This document shows positions 1-9,700 of a stretch of DNA of 64,000 bases, in pieces. Numbering within the stretch: position 1 is the first letter of the stretch; the number at the start of each line of letters is the position of its first letter. This DNA is from a virus. The DNA is taken from positions 5,029-69,028 of the IMG/VR virus record IMGVR_UViG_3300025598_002228. One strand, written 5' to 3'. The translations under genes and the position numbers were made by a program. Below the pieces are notes generated by a model. It searched no databases. It saw only the letters and a list, made by a program, of their open reading frames with translations, and was not told the DNA's origin.

Positions 1-289
1 TTTCTGTAACTAAAAATATATTTTCGGGGTTTTCTTTCGCATATTCTACAAACCGCCTAACACTATCACCAATGTCTGTAATATCTCTTTTTTCAAATTT
101 CTCATTAAGGGTAGGTATCGCATAAGATTTCCCTTGTAAGCCTTCTGCCTTCCCCATAATTGCCCCAAAATTATCAAGGGCAAATTTAGCTGCTCCTCCT
201 GCATGATTTCCCGCAAGGTTAGAGCCAAATACAAATACTTCGTTTTTCTTTAACTTTTTAATGTTTGGTGATGTGGTTTTATTTTCCAT
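1..289 (-). CDS. Macro-domain-like phage protein (FVFGSN..G.H.GGAA family), runs off window
   Basis: Hand translation from ATG at 289: MENKTTSPNIKKLKKNEVFVFGSNLAGNHAGGAAKFALDNFGAIMGKAEGLQGKSYAIPT...; track ORF 46..234 is the wrong frame. Confidence 0.75.
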   Translation of the reverse strand, partial: MENKTTSPNIKKLKKNEVFVFGSNLAGNHAGGAAKFALDNFGAIMGKAEGLQGKSYAIPTLNEKFEKRDITDIGDSVRRFVEYAKENPENIFLVTE

Positions 290-336
290 GATTTTGTTTT
301 AGTTTGATTGGTTATACTTGTAATAGTTGTTTAAAT

Positions 337-780
337 CTATCCTTTTTGCTGATTTACAAAATCTTGCTTCTTTATTGCTTCAATTGTAGCCGCATTGTGT
401 TTTAGCAATAAGTCCCAATAAGGCTTTACAAGAAAGGGTAATTTTTCCCTTGTCATTGTTTTTAATAAAAACCTCAATGTTTGTTCATCTTTATATAAGG
501 CAGATTCACCTTTTATCCAATACTCTACCCAATAAGAGATGGCTGTATGGTCATTTAGCATATACCAGAAAGCAGTAAATACACCTCCCAAAAGAATAAA
601 CATAACCTCCAATGGAGTTACTATTATATCTATTAAAGTTAAAAAGACAAACCAAAATAATGTCGAACCAATATACTCTTGACTTTTTCGCAAGGTATCT
701 CTTCTTTTATCCCCCGCTAAATATAACCCAACCATTAAAGGAAAAAGTCCGATTAGATTTAAAACTGTATGTAATTTCAT
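337..780 (-). CDS. Multi-pass membrane protein, hypothetical
   Basis: Track ORF 337..864; likely start MKLHTVLN; three hydrophobic segments. Confidence 0.55.
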   Translation of the reverse strand: MKLHTVLNLIGLFPLMVGLYLAGDKRRDTLRKSQEYIGSTLFWFVFLTLIDIIVTPLEVMFILLGGVFTAFWYMLNDHTAISYWVEYWIKGESALYKDEQTLRFLLKTMTREKLPFLVKPYWDLLLKHNAATIEAIKKQDFVNQQKG

Positions 781-865
781 GTTTTTGTGTTTTTGTAACA
801 CAAATATGACTACTTTAATCGAATAAAGTAAATAATTTGAATAATTATTAAGGCTTTTTAACAAT

Positions 866-1411
866 TTAAACAGATAGGCTATTCAGGTCGGCTTGAAGTG
901 CCTGAAAATCGAAGCCATTGGGTGCTTTAGAGCCTATAAAGTCCTTAGATATGATTGCATAGCCCTCATCGCAGTAATTGCTAAAAAAGTTCCATGTAGC
1001 CTTTTTTATAGCACCCCATGTTATAAGATAGATGTATTGGCTATCATAACCTATGGCACAAACACAATGCCCTCCCCATGAACCAGACATACCATCTCCC
1101 AGATATGCACCTGTAGGGGGAACTTCCCATATATCCTGCTTTTTGGCAGATACAGGTAATTGGAAACCTAAATATACCCCACCGAATAAATATATGGCGG
1201 TTTTAACCTGCTGTATATTCCTTATGTTAATCTTAGCATAAGCATATATCTTGTGCCCTGCTATGCCCTGATTCCTCCAGTAATTTAGCACATCTAAACA
1301 TGATGCACCGACATCTTTATCTCCTGTAGATGGATTATAGCCTGTAACTGCTGAATATGCAGCTACTATATCGCTATCTGATATGGCTATTATTGATTTA
1401 GTGTTAGCCAT
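866..1411 (-). CDS. Papain-like (C1-type) cysteine peptidase, C-terminal half with catalytic His
   Basis: VLNYWR..GIAGHKI, SWGGHCV, ITWGA, YCDEGYA, FDFQALQADL motifs of a common phage peptidase family. Confidence 0.7.
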   Translation of the reverse strand: MANTKSIIAISDSDIVAAYSAVTGYNPSTGDKDVGASCLDVLNYWRNQGIAGHKIYAYAKINIRNIQQVKTAIYLFGGVYLGFQLPVSAKKQDIWEVPPTGAYLGDGMSGSWGGHCVCAIGYDSQYIYLITWGAIKKATWNFFSNYCDEGYAIISKDFIGSKAPNGFDFQALQADLNSLSV

Positions 1412-1412
1412 G

Positions 1413-1814
1413 TTATTTTTTGGATAAAAGTGTATATAATACTAAAACTATACCAGTACCTAACAGTCCATATGCTATATATTGGTATTGTGCCTGATTA
1501 ATTTCAGAGCCACCTCCTGTTTTTACATTCGGGTCATCAGGATTTGACAGCACCGACATGCCTAAGTCATTTTGCCATCCCATAATCAGGTGTCCTGCTG
1601 CTGCTATAGTGCAATCCCCTATCTTATCATTTAACATCATACCCCATTGTGGTACTTTGGTATTCCATATATAACTATCGGGTATTGCTGGTAGCTGGGT
1701 GCTATTGATGTAAGTTGCAAGCTTAAATGTTCGGGCATCATGCTTAACAGGCTTCTTACCAAGTCTTACTTGCTGTTGTGGATTGACTTTAGATATGGTA
1801 TTTTGTACTTGCAC
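1413..1814 (-). CDS. Papain-like peptidase N-terminal half (catalytic Cys) fused to a C-terminal TM anchor
   Basis: LGKKPVKHDARTFKL, MMLNDKIGDCTIAAAGHLI, then unrelated linker and YIAYGLLGTGIVLVLYTLLSKK. Confidence 0.65.
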   Translation of the reverse strand: MQVQNTISKVNPQQQVRLGKKPVKHDARTFKLATYINSTQLPAIPDSYIWNTKVPQWGMMLNDKIGDCTIAAAGHLIMGWQNDLGMSVLSNPDDPNVKTGGGSEINQAQYQYIAYGLLGTGIVLVLYTLLSKK

Positions 1815-1819
1815 GATGA

Positions 1820-2050
1820 TTATTTAGGGCAATATGAGCAAATACTGAGGCTATCTTTTAAATGCAAATTTTCTTTTTTTATCTTCTCATACTCTATTTG
1901 CAGATTTTGAGTATGCTGTTTATTTTTTACGTCTTGGTGGGCTATGGTTATGATTTGTAGTATTGCTAATGCTACAAGGCAAGATATAGAAACGGATGCA
2001 GCTATATATTTTTTCATTTTGTGCCGTTTATCTCCTCGTGCTCGCTTCAA
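1820..2050 (-). CDS. Small TM + coiled-coil protein (lysis-module-like)
   Basis: N-terminal hydrophobic helix then coiled coil; adjacent to holin-like gene. Confidence 0.4.
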   Translation of the reverse strand: MKRARGDKRHKMKKYIAASVSISCLVALAILQIITIAHQDVKNKQHTQNLQIEYEKIKKENLHLKDSLSICSYCPK

Positions 2051-2318
2051 TTATTACCTTAATTTCATTTAGTGCTTTGGAGTTATTGTCAATTACACTC
2101 AATAGTCTTTCACGGTCTGTTTTTATATAGGTATTTAATTCTTCTTGTAATGCCTCAAGCCTATCTAATAAATAATCTTCTGTTTTCATCATGCGTTTAA
2201 GTAGAAACCAAAGGGCAAAACCCATTGCTAATACAATTAAGCCTAACGCACCATATTGTGTAAGGCTTTCAAAAACTCCAAATGATGACTGACTGTTAAC
2301 TACATCTAACACTCTCAT
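2028..2318 (-). CDS. Holin-like protein (BhlA/UviB-type architecture)
   Basis: QYGALGLIVLAMGFALWFLLK single TM followed by coiled coil. Confidence 0.5.
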   Translation of the reverse strand: MRVLDVVNSQSSFGVFESLTQYGALGLIVLAMGFALWFLLKRMMKTEDYLLDRLEALQEELNTYIKTDRERLLSVIDNNSKALNEIKVIIEASTRR

Positions 2319-2666
2319 AAATAGATTAATTTGAATGCTAAAATAACAAACCTATGATAAACTTAAAAATATTATCCTCGATTTATCATTTGCGGTTAGC
2401 CTTAAAACCTGATATGCCCTAAAGCCAATTGCGCTGCAAATGTTACTGCCGCTACTACGCCTATAAATGTGGCTATTCTTATACCCATATCATAAATAGT
2501 CATTTCATGTAAATATTCGATGTGGCTTTTTTCAGCAATAGAATTTTTATTGGTATCTATATTCATGTTACAAGTTTTAATTTGTGCGAATTTAATAAAA
2601 AATAATCTTAAACAAAAAAGCCCCTCTTTTTTTGAGTAGGGGATGAGCAATCTATATCTTTTTTGA

Positions 2667-2792
2667 TTACTTCTTATGGCGAACCAAAAGAAATACTGTA
2701 GTAGCCAATAGCCCGATGATAACTACATGGTGTATGTTGTTGCCGCCAAGAAACTTATCATTCTCTGCTGATGGATTTAAAAAGCTGTTCAT
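2667..2792 (-). CDS. Small C-terminally anchored membrane protein (41 aa, not in ORF track)
   Basis: MNSFLNPSAENDKFLGGNNIHHVVIIGLLATTVFLLVRHKK; TATATTTG promoter just upstream. Confidence 0.5.
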   Translation of the reverse strand: MNSFLNPSAENDKFLGGNNIHHVVIIGLLATTVFLLVRHKK

Positions 2793-2917
2793 AATATTTG
2801 TTTTATTTAAAGCAAATATAACAGTTAATTCAAATGATATAGATTAACCGAACATAATTGCTTTAAAAATATTGTAAAATCACGACTTGCGCTTATAGTT
2901 CAGAAAGCGAATCACGC

Positions 2918-3241
2918 CTATATATAACTGGGTATTGATATGGGTCGCTGCACTTTACTATTTTTACTTTTTTTGTTTCGCTCATGTCTTGTTATATTTA
3001 TAACCCTCATAGGTTTTATGACTATTTCTTTGTTAAGAAGCACGAGCGGCATCATTCGCTCATCTAAATGTCTCGCTCTATTTGAGAAATCTGCTATCTC
3101 AAATAAAAGATGTTGCGGTATCTTCTTTCTTTGGAGTATAAGACCATCCCTTATTTTTAATAGCTCAAAATAATTATCAATAGCATAATTATACTCACGC
3201 TGCATGTATTCTAAACTTGCTTTATCCCCAGCCAAAAGCAT
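2918..3241 (-). CDS. Hypothetical protein
   Basis: 107 aa ORF in gene-dense minus-strand run. Confidence 0.5.
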   Translation of the reverse strand: MLLAGDKASLEYMQREYNYAIDNYFELLKIRDGLILQRKKIPQHLLFEIADFSNRARHLDERMMPLVLLNKEIVIKPMRVINITRHERNKKSKNSKVQRPISIPSYI

Positions 3242-3243
3242 AA

Positions 3244-3516
3244 TTAGATTGCTTTACAATATTTATCGAAAAATTCACCCATGCTCAAGCCCATATATTT
3301 AGCCATATTGTAAGCCTCTGTAAATGTAAGTTCGTATTTTGAAGCCTCATCAATCTTCCTGCTAATAGCGACCAATTTTGTTTTCGGAGCACCATTTTTT
3401 ATTACAAATTGAGCTATTTTAAACTTATTGGTTTTCTCATTTTTTTCAGTTTCATAATCTAATATTATCTTACGAATATTAATGTAAACTTTATCTACTG
3501 GTTTGTTTTCGCTCAT
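3244..3516 (-). CDS. Small protein, possible HTH DNA-binding
   Basis: LTFTEAYNMAKYMGLSMGEFF resembles an XRE C-terminal part; TACATTTG promoter upstream. Confidence 0.4.
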   Translation of the reverse strand: MSENKPVDKVYINIRKIILDYETEKNEKTNKFKIAQFVIKNGAPKTKLVAISRKIDEASKYELTFTEAYNMAKYMGLSMGEFFDKYCKAI

Positions 3517-3603
3517 ATCTGCTTTACTTTAGAGAGACCTTTGGCTATCACGCTATGCAAATGTAGCGCATTATCTTAATTATACAAATTATTTTGCTTA
3601 ATT

Positions 3604-4221
3604 TTAGGCATTATATGCTGCCCAATACTTATTAAAGTATGCAAGTCTTTCAGGCAGCCCATTTATACCGCCATTAACCCTTTTGGTAATCAGTGTTACC
3701 GTGTCACTGGTTGCTCCCATGCCGCATAATACCCAAAGGTTATTATCGGAAAAATAAAAAGCAGCCGAAGATAACGGATAGGTAGTGGCAAGTAAGTCGG
3801 GGTTATTTACAATCTCATCTTCCATACCTAAAAACTGACCGAATCTTATGTAATTTCTTTTGCCCGTTGTTTGTATATATCCTCTGCCCCTGAAATTAAA
3901 GCCATCACCGCTATTTACATCACCGTTGCCGTTCCTGTTGGCGTATACGAGATTAGCTATCTTTTCAGGTTGATTAGCATATTGTGAGGCTGTTGCCACG
4001 TTAAAATAACTTGGAAATACTCTTAGTAAGCCCTGCGCACTGTAAAACAAATTCTCCCTTATATATTGAAAATTTCCGCTTTCGTGGGCAGCCTGCGAGA
4101 GAAAATGGCAAAGCCTTAGTCCAGTATTGCATTGAAATTTTTGTATAAAGTCATCGTTTATTTGCCCTAATACATTTGCAGGTACGATGTTATTTAGTTT
4201 GTTCAGGTTGAGTAGAGCCAT
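3604..4221 (-). CDS. GH19 (chitinase-like) endolysin
   Basis: HFLSQAAHESGNF, ENLFYS, IANLVYANRNGN, FRGRGYIQTTGKRNY, ITKRVNGGINGL. Confidence 0.9.
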   Translation of the reverse strand: MALLNLNKLNNIVPANVLGQINDDFIQKFQCNTGLRLCHFLSQAAHESGNFQYIRENLFYSAQGLLRVFPSYFNVATASQYANQPEKIANLVYANRNGNGDVNSGDGFNFRGRGYIQTTGKRNYIRFGQFLGMEDEIVNNPDLLATTYPLSSAAFYFSDNNLWVLCGMGATSDTVTLITKRVNGGINGLPERLAYFNKYWAAYNA

Positions 4222-4483
4222 TTGAGTTATTATTTTGAGGTTTAAAAAATCCCGATACTGTTTCTATGGTAGTTAATGCAAGGCAGGAGCAAGCAAGAAA
4301 AGTAACCGCCTGTATAAGCGTTGAATCGCTGCCGTTTTTGTATAATGTACCACATAACGAAATAGTGCATAGCAACCCACACAAACGCTTCATTGAAGCT
4401 GTCCCGTCTTTAGAATAAAAAAAACCAGATATGAAGCACATTATTTGCTGTATAATGCTTCCGATATAATTAAATATGTTCAT
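4190..4483 (-). CDS. Putative holin (2 TM) overlapping endolysin start
   Basis: SMKRLCGLLC..., two hydrophobic helices, directly upstream of GH19. Confidence 0.5.
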   Translation of the reverse strand: MNIFNYIGSIIQQIMCFISGFFYSKDGTASMKRLCGLLCTISLCGTLYKNGSDSTLIQAVTFLACSCLALTTIETVSGFFKPQNNNSNGSTQPEQTK

Positions 4484-4537
4484 GGTATTTATTTTATGGG
4501 CAAAGTAACAATATTTTTTTTGACCAAGAAAAATATT

Positions 4538-7279
4538 TTAAAATGGAACTGAACTATCATAATCATCGCCATATTCTTCCTTACGCCCGTTTTTTGCCAA
4601 TGCCTCTTGCATCGGTATTAATTTTTGTGGTGGTGATTGCGTAACAGGCTTTTCGATTTCTACGTACATGGGATTTTCTATGTAAGTTAAATCTTTAAAC
4701 TTGGTATATTTCCCTTCAAATGCTACCCTTATATCTCTCAATTTTCCATTACGGTGCTTTTTTACACACAACTCTGCTGTACCTCTTGTGTCTCTGCCAT
4801 CCGCATCGGACAATATTCCATAATACTCGGCTCTATAAGGGAATAATACTATATCTGCATCCTGTTCGATTGCTCCGCTATTGTGAACTATTATACCATT
4901 AACGATAAAATTGTTTGTATCAGGCACACTTCTATCAAACAAGTCAACTTCACCAATATAAGTTGTCGAATCTATGCTATCCCAATAGATATTATCAGAT
5001 GTTAGCCATTTGTATTCAGATAATTCTTTAGGGTGCTTATTTATGGCATCTGTGAGGACACTTTTAGTTAATCTTCCAGCGATGAGGTTTTCAACCTTAA
5101 ATCCGCCATCTTGTACACTCTTTAATTTTTGAATTATATCAAAGGTGGTTTTTTTCCCAATTCTGTTGCAAAGACTATCGGATAGTAACTTTTTGAAAAA
5201 ATTTAATTCTCTTTTTAGAATATCTGCTTTTTCATTTTCTATCGGCACTTTCTGTGAGAATTTAGACATAAATTCATAACTTTCACAAACATATATTTTA
5301 TATATCTTTTCTTTTTTACCATACTTCTTTTGCGATATAGTCAGGTTGGCTATTATACCTATTCGAGCCAACAAATAGATTACTTGATTTGCCAATACAA
5401 TAGATGGCGTAATAAACTCACCTAAAATACCACTCTTTTCGTGGGTATCGAAAATACCTGCTAAAAGCTCACATATGCTTTGCTCATCAGCATTATCCAT
5501 AAACCAAGAAGGTATCTGCTTTTCGCTTTTATCTGTAAACCATAGCCCATTTTCTTTAAGCCATTCTGTTGCAGCATGTGGTCTGTCTACAGAGTTGCCA
5601 TTAAAAAAACCTAATAACGTATGCTTATATCTTTTTTTTAAGGTATTTACTTGAGGGAGAAATCCGAATATTTGAAAAAAACCGAACTCAAATTCTTGGC
5701 TAAGCTTTTTATCATAGCACCTAAATTCAGCAAAGGCTTTAGTTTCTCCACCGCCCAGCATCCATCCTATGAACTTCGATTCCTTAATATATTTTCCGAT
5801 ATTACCACCCCAGTTCATTGCTACCGCTATTGCCTCGCCGATTTCAATATCTTTTAATGGCTTGTAGCCGTCAGATGTAAGGATTGGGTGCTCTGCCGTA
5901 CAATCAACATATCGTCCCGTTGTAAGCTTTAACCGATAAACAGAATTTCTTTATTTTGGTATGTCCAAGCTGTTAGTTACTCTGATTTTATGGTCAGCAT
6001 TTAAGGAAAGTAATTTGAAATCTGAATCTGAATTATATTGAAGGTTGGTTTCTGTATAAATAAGAGAAGTATCTTTTGATAGACATTCGCGCAAATCTGA
6101 CAACTGCGGTTTCTTTTCACCGCCCCTTGTCTCTACTGCCCTACTTAACTGACTTAATGCTATAACAGGTATTTTAAGCTCTTTTGCCAAAGCTTTAAGA
6201 CCACGAGAGATGTTTGATATTTCCTGCTCCCTATTACCCTCCCCTTTGCCTGTACCGCTCATAAGCTGTAAGTAGTCTATTACTATTAGCCCTATGTCAT
6301 GCAACTGCTTTAGCTTTCGTGCCCTTGTTTTTAATTCAAAGATGGATAAAGCAGGTGTGTCGTCAATAAACAGAGGGGCATTCATCAATTCATCGAGGGA
6401 GGCTGTAATACGCCTGTATTCATCTTTAGTAAGTGTACCGTTACGTATGGCTTCGGTATCTACTTCTGATTCACTTGCGATAAGGCGTTGTACCAATTGA
6501 CCCGTTGACATCTCTAACGAGAAAAAAGCTACTGGTACTGGCTGTTTACTTAACGCCGCATTTTTTGCTAAAGCTAAACTTAGGGCTGTCTTACCCATAG
6601 ACGGTCTGGCAGCTATGATAATTAAATCGGAAGGTTGCCAGCCGCCAGTTATACTGTTTAACTCCATAAAGCCAGTATCTACCCCTAACAACTTACCATT
6701 AGAGGTATTAGCCATGCGAATATCAATAGATGACATCTCCTCCGCGATTGCCTGATACATCGAAGACGAATTATTACTTTTGATACCATTGGTAATTTCG
6801 GATAAGCCTTTTTCAGCTTGCTCTAAAAGCTCTATGGCATCATATTCTCGTGATATGGCTTTTTGGTATGTATTATAGCCATAACCTGCTACCTGACGTT
6901 CGATATAATGTTGCCTTATTATGGTAGCGTGGTAAACAGCATTGGCAGCAGAGCCTATACTGTTAGTGAGTTGCGTTATTTTATAAGCACCACCAACAGA
7001 TTCCAGTTTACCCCTGCGTGATAGCTCTTCGGTTACGGTTAATATGTCTATAGCTATGTTACGGCTGTTTAAACTTAGAATAGTGCTGTATATATCCTTA
7101 TGCTCAGGATAAGCAAACATTTCTTCTGTGATAATCTCCACTACATCATAGATTACATCATCCTCTAATAATATAGCACCGAGTACCGCCTCTTCGTATT
7201 CTTTACGAGATATGGTTTGCACCGAACTATTTTCAAATAGGTCTGCTACTTTTTCTGTTTTATTCCTCCCCTTAGCCAT
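4538..7279 (-). pseudogene. dnaB: Replicative helicase DnaB with intein, interrupted by one in-frame TAA (5951-5953)
   Basis: AARPSMGKT, FSLEMS, IDYLQL, ALSQLSR, LSDLRE|intein|SGAIEQDADIV, KHRNG; frame continues across the stop. Confidence 0.85.
4880..6085 (-). mobile_element. Intein in DnaB (DLRE/SG site) with degenerate LAGLIDADG-type endonuclease
   Basis: Starts CLSKDT, block B TAEHPILT, FIGWMLGGG and LLAGIFDTH, ends NFIVNGIIVHN|S. Confidence 0.85.
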
Positions 7280-7302
7280 GATTTTAATGGTAATGATATA
7301 CA

Positions 7303-8472
7303 TTAGTGTACATCTTCCTGCTTCATAGCATCAGCTACTGCCGACTGCTCCACAGGCACATCCCGAATAACCTTCGGTGAATGGGTTAAAAAATATTGTT
7401 TAATGTTATCCGCAGCATTTTTGTCTCGGTCGTGTAATGTACCACACTCTGCACATATCCACTCGCGGGTAGCAAGGGTCAGTGTTTGGTTGAGCACACC
7501 ACAGATACCGCACTTCTTTGTAGAAGGTTCAAATCTGGGTATCTGGTAAAAGTGTTTACCTGACCATTCAGACTTGTATTTGATTGCTTCTACAAACATG
7601 CCCCAGCCCACATCAGCTATACCCTGTGCAAGCTTATGGTTTTTCATCATGCCGCTTATATTCAAATCTTCCTTCAAAATCGCATCGTGTATCCGAACTA
7701 ACTGTGAGGATAGTTTATGTATAAAGTCTTTTCTTTGATTAGCAATTTTTTCATGCTTAACAGCTACCTTATGTTGTGCTTTTTTTCTATTGGCACTACC
7801 TTTCTTTTTCTTTGATAGCCTTCTCTGTAAAATAAATAATCTCTCTATTGATTGCTTTAGGTACTTGGGGTTCTCTATTATCTCGCCATTACTTGTTACA
7901 GCGAACTTACTTAGCCCCATATCTATGCCGATTGTCCTCTTAGGTTTTGGAGTAATCTTCTCTGGTGTCTTCTCTCCTGTCTCACAAAGTATGGATACAA
8001 AGTATTTTCCTGTCGGGGTGCGCGATATTGTATTGCTTCTTATTTTCCCCTTGTGCTCGCGGTCTATAGCGACTTTTATTCCTTCGGTAAACTTGGGTAG
8101 GATTATCTTGCCATCTACAAACTTAACTTTATTCCCATGCGGATTTCTAAATGATTGAGAGCCTTTATTGCGGCTTTTGAACTTCGGATAGCCTTTGCCT
8201 TTAAAAAAGCCTTTAAACGCATCATCCATATTCCGTATGGCTTGTTGCGGGCACTGGCTGTCTACCTCATTGAGCCATGTAAATTCTTTCTTTAATGCTG
8301 GCAGTTGACCAATAAGGTCATATTTAGATAACGTCTTTCGATAGGATTTATAGGCATACGTCTTTGTATCCAGCGCAAGGTTATACACAAGCCTGCACGC
8401 ACCGATATGTTTATTTATCAGTATCTCTTGCGCTGAAGTCGGGTATAGCCTGTATATATATGCTTTTAACAC
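7303..8472 (-). CDS. tnpB: TnpB RNA-guided endonuclease (IS200/IS605 OrfB family)
   Basis: KAYIYRLYPT HTH, RuvC GIDMG / EDLNISGM / DRDKNAA, Zn finger CGIC..CAEC; no tnpA adjacent. Confidence 0.95.
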   Translation of the reverse strand: MLKAYIYRLYPTSAQEILINKHIGACRLVYNLALDTKTYAYKSYRKTLSKYDLIGQLPALKKEFTWLNEVDSQCPQQAIRNMDDAFKGFFKGKGYPKFKSRNKGSQSFRNPHGNKVKFVDGKIILPKFTEGIKVAIDREHKGKIRSNTISRTPTGKYFVSILCETGEKTPEKITPKPKRTIGIDMGLSKFAVTSNGEIIENPKYLKQSIERLFILQRRLSKKKKGSANRKKAQHKVAVKHEKIANQRKDFIHKLSSQLVRIHDAILKEDLNISGMMKNHKLAQGIADVGWGMFVEAIKYKSEWSGKHFYQIPRFEPSTKKCGICGVLNQTLTLATREWICAECGTLHDRDKNAADNIKQYFLTHSPKVIRDVPVEQSAVADAMKQEDVH

Positions 8473-8476
8473 GTCT

Positions 8477-8484
8477 CAAATTTA
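8477..8484 (-). promoter_or_regulatory. Bacteroidota -7 promoter TAAATTTG in front of tnpB
   Basis: TAnnTTTG consensus 4 nt upstream of the GTG start, inside the TIR-bounded element. Confidence 0.5.
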
Positions 8485-8495
8485 ATCTTTGTACA

Positions 8496-8813
8496 CTAAA
8501 GTATATAATTGCCTAATTTTAAATAAATAGACTTTTCAACGCATAGTTTCTCAGCAAATTTATCAGCTAAGCTCCAAGTAAGGTCTCTAAATTGAGATAG
8601 CCTTTTTGTGTAATCCTCATCATAGATGTTATACATTTCTTCTAATAACTTTACTGGTTCAAGTAAATAATGACAATCATCAAATATTATCTCATCTATA
8701 TATCCAATAAGGCTCACCTCACCTTCAGTATCATCAATTAAAATTTTAACACTTGATTTAAAAACCAATGTCTCTAAATATTTTATTTCTCGTTTGTCTT
8801 GATATTGTCTCAT
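8496..8813 (-). CDS. Hypothetical protein whose 3' end runs into the TIR
   Basis: 105 aa; last codons GNYIL* are encoded by the inverted repeat. Confidence 0.5.
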   Translation of the reverse strand: MRQYQDKREIKYLETLVFKSSVKILIDDTEGEVSLIGYIDEIIFDDCHYLLEPVKLLEEMYNIYDEDYTKRLSQFRDLTWSLADKFAEKLCVEKSIYLKLGNYIL

Positions 8814-8843
8814 TAGTCATTATTTTTTATGGTAACTATATCT

Positions 8844-9071
8844 TTATTCAACCTTCATTTTTTCAATTGCTACTCCAGATTGAATAAGCCCGAAAAGGTC
8901 AAATCCCTTAGAGAGTAGCCATAATACTTTATCAGCAATATCATCTACGCGACTATCGTATTCTTCCCCTTCGCGGTGAACTGTAATGCTTCCGTCTTTG
9001 CGGATGATAATCCCTCCCTCAAAGCATCTGATAGAAACACCGATATACACTTCAACATCATAATCCACCAA
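8844..9071 (-). pseudogene. C-terminal fragment of a Bacteroidota-phage family protein
   Basis: LLSKGFDLFGLIQSGVAI C-terminal motif; the upstream ATG (9129) opens a different frame. Confidence 0.4.
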
Positions 9072-9147
9072 AAGGCCACCATCTTGAGTTGCTGCACTTA
9101 ATAATTCTAACTTTTTTTGTTTTGCTCATGGTTTTGTTTTTTGTTGG

Positions 9148-9609
9148 TTATTTAGGGTTATTGTGATTCTTAACTATTTCGATAAGTTTTCTCAAGCAAT
9201 CAAGTTCTGCGTCTTCGTAGGTTTGAAAATATGGCTCTTTGTCAATATTCTGGTTATAGGCTAATTCGTAATAGCCCAAAACGGATATTTCAAATCTCCA
9301 TGTTTCTTGATTTACTCTATCATGTAGGTTAATTTCGGGAAATAATTTGTATTTCCCCCTAAACCATTTAAAGGCTTGTGAATATAGTGGGGCTGAAACT
9401 CTTGGTGCATTGGTTTTTTTGGGGACAGCATGTAAACTATTTATACATAAAGGATTAGTATATGCATCATCAACATGCAATTTATGATAATAAAATTCCG
9501 TATTTATCAAATCGTATTTATCAAATATATAGTAACCCATACATGGCTCATCAAAACCCAGTTCTTTCATGGCTTTAGCCTCTTCAAAAGGAACAAATAA
9601 ATCTTTCAT
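9148..9609 (-). CDS. Conserved Bacteroidota-phage hypothetical protein
   Basis: FVPFEEAKAMKELGFDEPC...SAPLYSQAFKWFR...TYEDAELDCLRKLIE. Confidence 0.7.
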   Translation of the reverse strand: MKDLFVPFEEAKAMKELGFDEPCMGYYIFDKYDLINTEFYYHKLHVDDAYTNPLCINSLHAVPKKTNAPRVSAPLYSQAFKWFRGKYKLFPEINLHDRVNQETWRFEISVLGYYELAYNQNIDKEPYFQTYEDAELDCLRKLIEIVKNHNNPK

Positions 9610-9700
9610 ACTTTTTATTGAATTAATGACATTGCGGTCTAATCCGCTTTATTCAAAAGCAAATAAAAGCAATAATTCATTAAAATAAAATAATTTAACT

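Larger units (their letters stand above)
7289..8513. mobile_element. Non-autonomous element: tnpB bounded by 24-bp terminal inverted repeats
   Basis: 7289-7312 GGTAATGATATACATTAGTGTACA vs revcomp of 8490-8513 GGCAATTATATACTTTAGTGTACA (21/24 identical). Confidence 0.7.

Noticed and set aside
46-234. 62-aa ORF in the track
   Set aside because: Shadow frame; the real gene is 1..289 in another frame with recognisable motifs.
5819-6085. Naturally split DnaB intein or TAA recoding
   Set aside because: No start codon before block B for a C-intein, and TAA is the normal stop of most genes here; kept only as an in-frame stop.
7281-8521. Perfect target-site duplication around the tnpB element
   Set aside because: Immediate flanks ATTTTAAT and TAATTTTA do not match; only a 7/8 match with a 2-nt offset.
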